A stretch of DNA of 64,000 bases from Chrysomallon squamiferum. Its lineage: Eukaryota; Animalia; Mollusca. Where the stretch lies: the NCBI GenBank assembly GCA_012295275.1, contig CM022672.1, forward strand, positions 18,600,001 to 18,664,000, read 5' to 3'. Both the position numbers and the translations under genes were made by a program. Below, piece by piece: positions 1-11,723 of this stretch (its first letter is position 1; each line of letters opens with the position of its first letter). The notes under the pieces are model-generated. The model ran no database searches and was not told the origin of the DNA. It was given only the letters and a program-made list of their open reading frames with translations.

Positions 1-303
1 CGCCTCTTCCAGCGTCCCGTACACAGACGGTTTGCTGCATTTCTTGGACGCACTCTGGATGTTGGAATATGCCGTCATTACCTCACTTCTTTTATTAAGT
101 ATTGAGATCAGCGTGCTGCGTGGTATGCCGTATTCCCTGGCTATTTCGGCTTTGGTCTTCTTGCCCAGGTCTGCGATTTCAATCAGAAGATATTTCGTTT
201 CGAAGTCGAGCGTCTTGCGTTTGTTTGTCTTCCTCGGAGTTTTCTTTGAACTGACGTTTCGGGGTTCGGAACGATAACCGGGCTGGGGTGCATTGCTGGT
301 TTC
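1..303 (-). CDS. Alternative terminal exon B (partial, runs off window): psq-type HTH plus start of CENP-B-type HTH DNA-binding module
   Basis: Acceptor ttaattgaacag|GAA at 303, phase 0. Open to position 1: ETSNAPQPGYRSEPRNVSSKKTPRKTNKRKTLDFETKYLLIEIADLGKKTKAEIAREYGIPRSTLISILNKRSEVMTAYSNIQSASKKCSKPSVYGTLEEA. KRKTL..ETK and IAREYGIPRSTL..IL are CENP-B/pogo/Tigger N-terminal HTH motifs. No in-frame ATG before the HTH. Confidence 0.85.
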
Positions 304-420
304 CTGTTCAATTAAAAACAGTTTATTTTTTATTCCTCGGAAGAACTCAAGATGAAAGTTTTTGTTCGGTACAGATCAATTGAAATAATTTCTGTTGTTT
401 CTGTTACTTAAGATATGTAA

Positions 421-456
<36 letters not shown>

Positions 457-547
457 TAAAAACAAATTCAATGTTTTAGAAGCAGATAACAAAAGGAATG
501 CAAGCATACAAAATGTATATCAAGTAAAGTATGTACAGCAACTAAAC

Positions 548-582
<35 letters not shown>

Positions 583-612
583 TAATAATAGTAATAATAA
601 TAATATGTTAAA

Positions 613-775
613 TAGGAAACAATTATGTGCATATTAACAATCCACATGCTTTTAAATAACAACAACAACAGCAACAACAACAATAATAATAATAGTGTTA
701 CACAGGAAACAATTATGTGTATATTAAAAATCCACATCTTTTAAAAAACAATAACAACAACAATAATAATAATAA
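613..775. repeat. Tandem duplication, about 90-bp unit, 2 copies
   Basis: aggaaacaattatgtg.atattaa.aatccacat followed by (AAC/AAT)n starts near 613 and again near 703. Confidence 0.8.
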
Positions 776-984
776 TAGTAACTGAAGAATAATAATGATG
801 ATGATTAAATAATAAAAAATAACATACTAAAAGTCCAGGAAATTTATCATGTGAATAAGTTGTTCTAGTTATTTCTGGTTTTAAAACATGATCTCATTCA
901 TCAGTTTAAAAATAAATGTGGGAAAATAAATTTTGAACCTATGTTGGATACAATTTGTTATTTAGATTCTTTTGAAAGTAAGAT

Positions 985-1016
<32 letters not shown>

Positions 1017-1778
1017 GCATACATTAATTAATTTCCTAAACTCAACATATGTTATAATAAACTGATTAAAATATAAACTAGTATTTGACAAATGTACCTA
1101 AATAATCTGTGTTTTCTCAAAGTTTAAAATAGAGCATAATATCTTAATTTGACAGTACAATGTATATGATTCTGTTCAAATTACAGTTATCAAGCATTCT
1201 ACCTGAACTGAAAAAATAACTAAAATGACTAATTTTGGTGCATTACGATACAGAACGAGGAAGCAAAACAAACAAGTGATCACAAGAATTAGCACTCGAA
1301 ATTAAAGCACAAGATTTTGTTATGTTGTGTAAGTGGGTTTGAATGCTGGGTAAGAGTTTTCCCAGTGGGCTTGAAGTAAGCACTTTCTGTATTAGACTCC
1401 ACTGTTTATTTCCTATTTCAGATGGAGTTAAATATGACAAATTTTAATCAATGGTTATATAGTGTCACACACACAGCTACCATACAGACAATAATACTAT
1501 TATTAACAGCTGAAATACACAGGCTCCATGCAATATGGTGTGAACTTTTATATGTATCTTCCTAAAGGTTGGAACAACAATAACAACAACCAGGATGATG
1601 ATGATATCTGTTCCAGACAACATCACAGGAAGCTTTATCAAAAATACCACAAATGTAAGTTTGTCAAATATAATTAATTTAAAATGATAATTTTTCTTCC
1701 CGTTTTTAGTTTAAAAAAAAAAAAAAAAAAAAGGAAAAAACATAGGAAGGAAATGAAAGGACTGATCCAGATACTGAC

Positions 1779-2264
1779 CTATTTTTTCTTTACTAACAGG
1801 ATGCCATGTCGTGCTTTGAACTTGTTAATGTATCCTATGCTGGGATGAAAGTCTTTATGTCCCAGTTCTTGTGCTAACTCACGGGCTTTGGTCACCATCA
1901 TCTGACCAGTTATATACAGCCCATGTCTGACTGCCTCGCAGTACCAGCTGTACAGTTTGTCCTCTAGATGCGAATACTGTGATTTGCACAGGCGCTGACG
2001 ATGTGGTGCAAATGAACAACTTTCCCACGCTGTAATGACCGTCTGCTTATTCTTCATGATTGTGCTCAGGGTGTTGGGTAAAATGCCAAACTCACGTGCA
2101 ATAAGACTTTTCTTTTTCACTCCTGCCTCAACCATGCGAATAAGTCGATACTTAGTCTCTATGTTTAGCAGTTTGCAGACCCTCTTTGGTTTCAAAGTGC
2201 AAGATACCGGGGTCATGCAAGGCTTTCGAATGGCTGTTCCTTGCAGGTATATTTCCTCCTTCTC
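1779..2264 (-). CDS. Alternative terminal exon A: psq-type HTH plus CENP-B-type HTH, no DDE domain
   Basis: Acceptor tctttattacacag|GAG at 2264, phase 0, 161 codons then TAG. Motifs LNIETKYRLI, IAREFGILPNTLSTIMKNK, LEDKLYSWY, ITGQMMVTKARELA, SIGYINKFKARHGI. The stop comes right after the second HTH. Candidate minus-strand AATAAA at 1405-1410. Confidence 0.88.
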   Translation of the reverse strand, partial: EKEEIYLQGTAIRKPCMTPVSCTLKPKRVCKLLNIETKYRLIRMVEAGVKKKSLIAREFGILPNTLSTIMKNKQTVITAWESCSFAPHRQRLCKSQYSHLEDKLYSWYCEAVRHGLYITGQMMVTKARELAQELGHKDFHPSIGYINKFKARHGILLVKKK

Positions 2265-3830
2265 CTGTGTAATAAAGACAGAATGATTTGGATGTTGTTG
2301 GGTTTTTTTTGTTTTGTTGTTTGTTTGTTTGTTGTTGTTTTTTTTCAAGAAAGAAAGAAAAAAATAGCATATGAAAAAGATCATTTTAACTTGATCATAG
2401 AAAAATATAAATTACACCAATTTTAATAATATTTGGCTTGATCATTTTAGCTACAGAATATAAAACTATTTAATTTAAGAATGGATCATGCTGATACTGT
2501 ACCAGGATCACTGCTACAGCTACAACAATTTCCTTCAAGGTAAATAGTATTTACATTGTTTATTCATATACCACTGGCATACCATTTTTCTATAGCAATT
2601 TTCTGAATGCTCTACTTTCTAATCAATGCTACATCAAATACCATAGAGAAAGATAAAAAGAAAAAAAGTGAGGGACAGACAGACATTGAGATCCATTTGC
2701 ACCAATATTCATTTTATACTAAACAATTAACTGAAAAATACAGCAGTACTTTCTTAAATAATAAACTGCAGTAAAATGCACTTAAACTGATTCTTATTTG
2801 TAGGAGATTTATTTATTTATGGTAAACTTGTGTACACAAAGAACTGGATGACTGACAGTGCAGATGTCACAAGAGAAACATCAATAATGTACATTCAAGT
2901 TGCCTCAAACCTCTTTGACTTAAGTGCATTTTACTTTACATAAATTAAACATAAAACACATGCCAGACTTGTTTAATTATGGCACTGAGTAGAAATTCTA
3001 AATCATACTCAGGTTTCTTTTGTACACTCCACATTTTATTCACTGATGAAAAATGTCTAAGGAAATTTTCTTGACTAAATTTAGTCACTATTAAATATTT
3101 TCTAGAAAAATTTCTGGTGCTGTAATGTTAAACATTTGTTAAACAACAAATATTTAAAATGGATGGTTATTAATGTTGTTATATCATTCATTAACTGTAA
3201 TACTGTACGCTCTATTTCTGTAGACTCAGTAAATGTAGGTAATATGCATCTCACTGATGCCTGAGATAAAGCTTATTTACAACAAAAAATTTCTTTTACT
3301 TGATTTAAAAAAAATTCCTTTATCAGCTTTGCACAAAACATAAAAATAAAAACACACACTTAGTATATCAAAAAGAAGAAAAAAAGAAAATATGCAGCAA
3401 TATTTTAAAATGCTACTAGGATAATATATGATAAAAACTTTAAATCTTGTTAGCATAATGATGAATGGTTTTTGTTCATCATTAAAATGTCTAACAAAAA
3501 AAGGTGATATAATAATTATACTCCTGTTCATCAGCAGTGATGTTACACATACTCAAGTCAAGCACATATCAATTTACAACTCATGTTTTGTGGGGTTATT
3601 AAATTTGTATTTATAATCAATATGGCTTAATTCAACCACCTGATAACACTTGATTATATTATAAAAACAAATAGCCCAGTTTATTTTGGTTTAATGAATA
3701 CTCTTTCAAGACAGAGAAAACCCATAATATTTTTATGATGAATTTAACATGAGAATATGTTTAATGTTTTGATCTTTGTTGTGAAGAAGAGAAATTTTTC
3801 TGTTTTATGAAATTATTAAAAAAAGGAAAA

Positions 3831-3872
<42 letters not shown>

Positions 3873-4853
3873 TAATAATAATAATAAATAAATAAATAAA
3901 TAAATTTAAAACCTAATAAATAAATAAAAAATAAATAAAATAAACAAATAAATTTCCAAAACCTAATTTGAATTTATTTAAAAAAATACAGTATCAATAT
4001 ATAAGAACAAAAATATAAAAAAAATAACAGTCCTATTTCCATAAATCCAAAAAATTAAATATTTACATTTTAATTATTAAGAACATGTTTATAAAATGAA
4101 ATATAAAAAATTAAAATTTATTTTCAATCATCTAGAAAATTAAATATTTTGATTTTTGCACAAAGAATATTATTAACAGATAAATTTTTATATAAAAAAA
4201 AAAAACCCCTTCAAAAAAAACCACACAAACTGACACATACAAGTAAGTACAAATCAACATTTCAGTATCTATTCATTATTCAATAATGTCTGCACTTTAA
4301 ATAAATTACAGTCATTTACTTTATAATAAAATATAATTTTTATATGTTGCTGAATGCATATTTTAAATGAAATATGTCAAGGGATTGCTTAGTTGTATAA
4401 ACTTGTGTTTCTTTCAACTGATAACTTGTATCTTAATTTTCTCTTTTCTTTGTGTTTTACAATTCACTATTTAATCAGTTCTATTTACTGTTTTTGATAA
4501 TATAATAAATTAATACAGTGAAATGCTAGCATATAATGCATCTGTGAAGAAATAAATAGTCTCAACCTTCATACTGATGTGTGTATCCATTACCCTGGTC
4601 ATTTCACATCCCCTAAATCTCTGATAGGTCATCTTTCATTTGGCTGTCTAACATGTAGTGAATTTAATGTACATGAAACCTTACAGATTTCTGTCAAGGT
4701 AATGCTTCATCAAAGCTGCATTTATATTAAACAGTTCCACCCTTCTTCTGATATCAACATTTATACTGAACTGCAGGTAATACAATGTTGTTTTTTGATT
4801 ATTTACATGTTCTGTTTGTGAAATTTCTTTTACCATATATATATATCAAATCA

Positions 4854-5013
4854 CTGTTTGTATACATATTACTGGGTATCCTGTAATACTGATGCATGTT
4901 CTCAGTTTCTGAAATTTGTTTTACTGTATATAGATATATATGGTAAAAGAAATTTCACAAACCAAGAACATGCATCAGTATTACAGAACGACCAGTAATA
5001 TGTACACAAACAG
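4854..5013. repeat. Imperfect 160-bp palindrome/hairpin, with an extra partial arm copy at about 4806-4845
   Basis: Left arm ctgtttgtatacatattactgg...ctgtaatactgatgcatgttct... is the reverse complement of right arm ...agaacatgcatcagtattacag...ccagtaatatgtacacaaacag. Symmetry centre near 4933. Confidence 0.9.
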
Positions 5014-5424
5014 ATGAGTAGAAAGTGGCAGTTAAAAATGAATATGTCCAGATACCCACTGGAATGATTAATGACATTTTCAGTTCTATCTCTCCATATT
5101 ATCAGCAGTTCCTGGATCAAAAATGTCTGCCGTAACTCTGTGATGTATTTTTTAATAAATCAAAAAGCTTATGCATTTTATTGGGACACCCAGAATCTGC
5201 TGAATTAACCACTGTGAACTAAGGCTGCAAAAATGGATTTGGTATACTGCAGACATGATAGTCTCACACCCATCGGTAATATCAGTTATTAAAACAAGAA
5301 ATTTAACAAAATATCTCAACAAAAAGAAATCACTTTAAATTTAAGTGATCTTTTAAGTTTAACAAAAGCAAGACATACACAATAATATAAATTTATGGCA
5401 GATAATATAAATAATGGTACCTAC

Positions 5425-6647
5425 ATGTTTCGAGTGATAACTTGCTAGTGAACTGGAAGTGCCTGGCTCTTGTAAAATACAATCATCAGCTTCAGTTCCC
5501 ATGTGATCAGTCAGTCCAGCTGTTGATTCACCAAGTTCTGCAGATTTTGAATTTGAATATAAAAGACAATTAGTCTGATTCTCATCAGACTCCTCCTTAA
5601 CATTAACAGAGGTGGGTGAGAACATTTTCTCTTGATTTCTTGATCCTGTTGTGTCAGTGTATATATCACTTCCAGCAGATGATTTGGCTACAATTTAAAT
5701 ATATATAACAAAGCATTAAGACAAGTCATAAAATGTTACAGTGTTAAAATCTTACATCTTTACTTTTATTATATTCCAAGCCATCCATAAATTCATGTTC
5801 AATTCCTAATCCAACTTCCCAAGTATAAATATATTTGCAAACATCCACAAACATTTGTGAACAAATGCATTAAATATATTTGCATGCAAACAGACACATA
5901 TATATGCATTCACAAAACACTCTCCAACACACATAAGAAACATATGCGCACAAAAATAAAAACACATGTTTACACACATGCACGTACAAAACACGCACAC
6001 ACCGTATCCTACTTTGGAATTTCACCATACTTACTTCTCTTTGTATTAGTAAATCCACTATTATTAACCTTTCTTTTGTTGGTACTATTCCTTTCAGCGG
6101 CAACCAGTGAAGTAAACATATCATTTTTAAAATTTCTGTCTTGGGTGGGTGGAGATGACACTGATGATGAACATCTAGTCTGTCTTTTATCACAGTTAGA
6201 AACAGATCTTACTATAGGTGGGTCAGTATTGTTATTTGTTAAATCTATTTCAATTTTTTCACTGTTATTCAAAATATTTTGAATTTGTGGATATCTCTGC
6301 TGTATTGGTCTGCTCTTATCAGATGAACCACAAACCCTAACAGTGTGAAGTGGAGATTCGGAATCATTCTGTTCCACTATGTCAATATTTTCAATTGCTG
6401 ACTTCTGTAATGTATGTTTATCAGTAAATGTTTTAAACACTTTGGTACAGTGACTTTCACTAACCACAAGTCCAGCACCATTAAGAAGTTCACAAAGTAC
6501 ATATCGCTCTTTCTTGGTATTGTCAATGTCCAAGGCTAGGTAACCACTGAGTTCAACAGAATCATTGAATTGAAGATAATCTCGACATGCTTTCTGTATC
6601 ATTTCCAAAAGATGACTGAAAAATTCCTCTGAATAGTGTTTATCCAT
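5425..6647 (-). CDS. Constant coding exons of a variable-C-terminus transcription-factor gene (uncharacterised N-terminal domain plus low-complexity linker)
   Basis: Exon 6655-6035: acceptor ttttgacag, ATG 6647, donor A|GTAAGT, phase 1. Exon 5687-5425: acceptor ttgtag, donor CAT|GTAGGT, phase 0. Together 876 nt = 292 aa, MDKHYSEEFFSHLLEMIQKACRDYLQFNDSVELSGYLALDIDNTKKERYVLCELL...VNVKEESDE...SYHSKH. The phase matches both downstream HTH exons. Confidence 0.8.
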
Positions 6648-6989
6648 TGCTCTACCTGTCAAAACAATCAAATAAACACATTAACATTCAAAATACAAAT
6701 TACTTCAGTGCATGACACTTTATGCACATTTAATTAAAAAACAGTTCTGAATGTCCCACTCATCCGTTTCAAAATATATTATATATACGTGGAAATTCCA
6801 TATACAAGTTTAAACTTACTTTATATAATTTTATTTAACATTTATTTTTTTTTTTATTTTTTTTTATTGTTGTTGTTGTTGTTATTGTTCAACACATCAG
6901 GAATAATTATTTTATTTTTGTAAGGCTATTAGAATTAGTTCAATAACATATTATACCAAATATTCTAATTTGTATTTTATTACTGCGTA

Positions 6990-6997
6990 CCGGAAGT
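6990..6997. promoter_or_regulatory. ETS/GABP-type site (CCGGAAGT) in the head-to-head interval between the HTH-cassette gene and FBXW4
   Basis: Exact CCGGAAGT about 340 nt upstream of the minus-strand ATG. A candidate donor AAA|GTAAGT for a non-coding exon lies at 6820/6819. Confidence 0.5.
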
Positions 6998-7920
6998 ATT
7001 CATCACAGTTTATAAGTCTCCTCATACTCCCTTCTGTTATCATATAGTATGATAGTAATTAACTCTTCAGACAAACATATTATTTCAGATACTAACCATT
7101 TGCAAATGAAATATAATATTTGTTTTCTTATCTTTGCATTTTAAGACTCTGGCAGATATAATGCTATTTGTTCAGTGTAAAAGCTAATTGTTAGTTTCAT
7201 TTCCCTCATACATTTTGTGAGCACCCAATCAGTACCTCTTGCTTTGCTACATCTACTTATGATTAATATAATTTCTTAAAACGATTTGGGATAGTTGTAT
7301 CTAGTTTTTATGAGAAATACTAGACATAAACCAATATTTGTATGTATCCAAACTAATAATTTTTCTGTTTTAATTTTAATGAAATAAAAGGATATTCATT
7401 TTTCACTGTGTAAATTAACGCTAGACATGTCATTCCATAGTAAAAATAATATAATTATTTTTAAAGTAGTATTTACATATAGTTGGTGGGACTACTTATA
7501 GCTAACATACGAATAATAACTGATTCCTTATTCAAATATGATAAAATTATAAATTGATAAACTGTTTGTTGATGGTGGTTTTTGGGGGGTTTGGGGTTTT
7601 TTGGGGTTTTTTTTTACATTTTGATATCATTATTTTTCTTTTCTTCTTTCGATTTTAAAACCTTTTTGACAGACTGGTCTAAATATAAATTTTACATCAC
7701 TGCATTGTTATAGCGATTAGGTGTTTACGACAGAAGTCAGCTTAACTGTTCTTTCTTTGAAGGGGAAATTAAAAAAAGAAGAAATGTTATGGTCGTGATG
7801 GTTGCGAAAGTTTAACAGCTATTGTGAAACAGTGAACCAAAATTTGGAAAATGTACAAAAATAACATTTTAGGCAATATCGTAAATTCATATATTAGAAA
7901 CTTGTCAAAGAAACTCCAAA

Positions 7921-10900
7921 ATGCCTGTCGATGGAAAACTAAAGAGAAATGAAAGTCGCAGTGTCATTGGCAGTGTGTTTAGGTACACTGCTGTGACTTC
8001 TAATAAAAATGATCGTCATGATCATAATCTTGACAAAATATCCCGGAAACGATTGACATTAACCTGTTTGCCGGATGATATTCTGCTTTTGATATTCAGT
8101 TATTTAGATGTGCAGTCACTTGGTCGGTTGTGCCAAGCTAGCTGTCGATTCCGAAATCTAACATCGTTGGATTATGTATGGTTACCACATAGCAAAAACA
8201 TTTTCATAATACAAGATCTGAATCAAAATGGGTAGGTATCCAACACATAGCTGAAATTATTAATTGACAAAACCAACGTGGCGAGAAATTATTATTATTT
8301 ATTTAGTTAGTTGTTTATTTTATGTACAGTAATTATAAAAAATTTCATAGTCACTAACATTTGCAAATCATTATCCTTCAGATTTATAAATTTTGAATGA
8401 AGTAGAAATTTACTGAATCATTTTCCTTTATAAATCGTATTCCTAATATTTATAGAAATAGTGGTTACATTTACAAAACTTCAAAATATAAATTAATATC
8501 AGATTTCATCAAACTTATTCTTTATTATATTATTGATTATTTCAGTTTAGTTTCACTTGTCATCTGTACTTAAGTATGAAACAATTATGATGTGATATTT
8601 TTTTTTCTATTGTTTTATTATTAATTAATTGATAAACATAAATACTGATGTTAATTTATTTTTGTATCCATGTTTTTATATTTTAGACAGTCTTTAAGTT
8701 TAAAGGAAAAATACAGAGTTGCAAAGAACTGGGATCAGAAAAAAAGTCATGAAGTTACCCTTGTTCGAAACTCGAAACGGTAAATTATTATTATCAATGC
8801 ATATATATCATGGCATGATGTCAAAAGCTGTTATGTTGATATATATGCCACATACACAAATATCAAGATAAGAAAATATGAATTAAAACATTTAGGTCAA
8901 TAAAGGAAAATAAAATTAATATACAAACCAAATAAATATCACTATTCAAAATGATTTTTTTTTTTTCCTTTAATTCAAGACCACTTTATGTACCTAAAAA
9001 AAAAGATTTTTTTTTTTTTTTTTTTTTAATTAATTACTTTAAAAAAATAAACAACCATATTATTGTATTTGCATATATAAATACACTAAACATGTTTAAT
9101 TGATTATATTTTTATTTATTTATATATTTATTTATTTATCTGTTTTTTATTCTGACAGATTGATGCCATGGATGCAGTATGAAAATCAAACCATATGGAT
9201 TTCCACACAAAATGTAATACGCAGTTTTAGAGTGAAACAAAATGGCTACCTGGTTGAAAACACTGAGCACAGACTGAATGGGTTTAGAGATGACGTCAGT
9301 CGATTTGTCATCAAGGATGATTTACTTGTTGCTGGATGCAGGTGAGATGTTAATCTGTACAAAGAGTTGTGTTAATGCAAATGAAAGTATCTGTTTTAGT
9401 CAGTACTTCTAAATTTCAATTTGTTGTCACTAATATGATAAATATAGTGTTGTGGTAGTAGTACATGATGTTGTTTTTGTTCTGCAGAGATGGTGGTGTC
9501 GGAGGATGGTCTATATCAACAGGTTCAATGCTTTTCAGTTTCCCTAAGCTTCATTCAGGTGATACACAGTGTGTTGATCTCAGTGGCAGTTTGCTCATTT
9601 CAGGCTCTAGGGACGGCCACGTTAAGGTATTTCTCATTGTATTTCACACTGTTATTCTAGCTACCTTAGAATAGCATTTTGTGGTTAAATAAACCAAACA
9701 ATCTAATTCCAAATGCACAGAAATTTTAACATGCTGTTAAAATGTATACTGTATACAAAACAAATAACAAAAATCATAATAACAAAATAAATGAATAGAT
9801 CAAAAATATAAATAATTGACCCATTAATTATCAGACTACCAAAATGTCGAAGAAATCAACAATGATTTAATCAACATATGTTAATTTTTAGAATATATAT
9901 ATATATATATATATATATACCATTATTGGTTAAATAAATTATTAATTAAACAGTATAGTAAAAACCTTTTTTTTTTTTTTTTTTTTTTATTGTGTTGTTA
10001 GATAACCTCTCTGTCATGTAACAAAGACATGAACATACCAGAGAAAACTCTTGACATACAGGACAGAGTGTGGAGTCTTAATGTCTCCCCAGATGGGAGT
10101 GTGCTGGCTGTAGGGTCAGCTGGTTGTGGAGGAATACCACCCTTAGGTATATGGGACCTGAATCGGTTAGTACCCTTAAACCATCTCGATGCTGAAGTGG
10201 TTAAATGATCAGCCTTATGTCTGGTACTAAGACCATATTAATTGATGCCTGTAATCACTTCATTTCAGTCTTATTTGAAATGTTGTAGCTTATAAATCCA
10301 TGTAGAACATTTCAAAATGTATTGATACTGCAACTTTTTATTTCGCATTGTATATTTTTATTTAACCTACATGCTCGTTCAGAGCCCATTTGTAAATAAA
10401 ATCAGAAGTACCTCAATTAATAATTAAGAGTTATTATTAACAGGTTTGTCTTTATACTGTTGTTATTATTATTATTTTTATTTTTATTTTTTATTTTTTC
10501 ACAGCTGTGAGATGGCTATGCAGTTAGGATCAGATTTCAAAAAGGGGGCAGGAATACTTGACATGACATTCACATCTCCAGACACTCTACTCACCTGTGG
10601 TTATGACTCCTATTTGAGACTCTGGGATATACGCACAGGTTCTTGGTAAATAGAATTATCTTTTTCCTCTTTGATTGATGCTGATTATGAGATACTTGTG
10701 TCAAACTTTATTGTTATCATTATTGTTGTTTCATTCATTTATTTATTTATTTAATATTTTTTATTATTATTATTTTTTTTTTTATTTTATTATTCATATT
10801 TTTATTATCACAACTGTTGTTGTCATTATTATTATTATTATTATTATTATTAACATCTCCTTTTTTTCAATTATTAATGTTTTAATCATCTGTTATTACT

Positions 10901-11723
10901 GTAATTATTACCATTATTATTTCAGTGTCACTGAATGGGAAGACATTTTTGACTCAGCTCTGTACTGTCTTCAGACTGACGGTCAGTATGCTGTAATGAC
11001 TGGAACTGCACGGTATGGAATGAGTCGACTTTGGGACATAAGACAGGCACAGTGTGTACAGGTGATGTTTCATATAGATAAATAAGAAATTATGTTCACC
11101 AGTTATGGAGCTGTGGGCGTGCGTACGTGCGTGCGTGTGTGTAGTTGTTCTTCAAGACACATGAACAGTAGCAATTTGTAGTCTATATACATGGTTAAAA
11201 ATCAGATATATATTAATAAAATTATTAATTAAACAGTATAGTTATTGATTTGTTTTTTATTGTAATTTTCATCAAATTGTTTATGAAGTGATAATTCAAT
11301 ATGAGAAAAAAAATTGTTAACTTTAATTAATCCTTCCTCACTAATCATTTTTCTTTTGTTAAGCTTCGTTGTTAGTAAAGATTAGTCGAAGTACTTAGTA
11401 CACTGATTGACTAATATTTGTTACATTATTTGATACTTTCTTGTTTTATGCTTCTTCAGGACATAATTATTAAGTAATATTATCAACATGTTTATATGAA
11501 TGAGATTTAATGGTGTCTAAAGGTAATTAAAAGGGAAGAGATGTTTAAAACTTAATTCATATAATATAGTACATATTATTTTTATTTTATTTTTGTTTCT
11601 TTGTAGGTTTACTTTTCTGGCCGACATAGCAGTCCTGTTTATTCACTTGCCTTCAATTCTTGTCGTTTTTATGTTGCTTTGGATGTCAGCATCAATATGA
11701 TTGATTTTACTGGCTTCAAGTGA
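7921..11723 (+). CDS. FBXW4: F-box/WD repeat-containing protein 4 (dactylin)
   Basis: 8 exons with GT-AG ends and consistent phases: 7921-8231, 8687-8779, 9159-9341, 9488-9626, 10002-10165, 10505-10645, 10926-11061, 11607-11723; 427 aa. F-box LPDDILLLIFSYLD; FBXW4-type motifs LKEKYRVAKNW, RLMPWM, LLTCGYDSYLRLWDIR, LYCLQTDG, RLWD, SSPVYSL. Confidence 0.92.

Noticed and set aside
32-277. Plus-strand 81-aa ORF (also 2035-2286, 5857-6282, 38163-38920)
   Set aside because: Antisense shadows of real minus-strand coding exons.
1-2384. Two autonomous Tigger/pogo transposons
   Set aside because: No TIRs seen, exon A has no DDE domain, and both segments begin at phase-0 splice acceptors. The track's extension 2265-2384 is low-complexity intron.
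4681-4770. Possible third short terminal exon (ctgcag|FSINVDIRRRVELFNINAALMKHYLDRNL*)
   Set aside because: Phase-0 compatible, but only 29 codons with a weak pyrimidine tract and no recognisable domain; cannot be supported without RNA data.
5415-5424. Alternative phase-1 donor TAG|GTACCA for the last constant exon
   Set aside because: Weaker intronic consensus and out of frame with both HTH exons; CAT|GTAGGT fits both.
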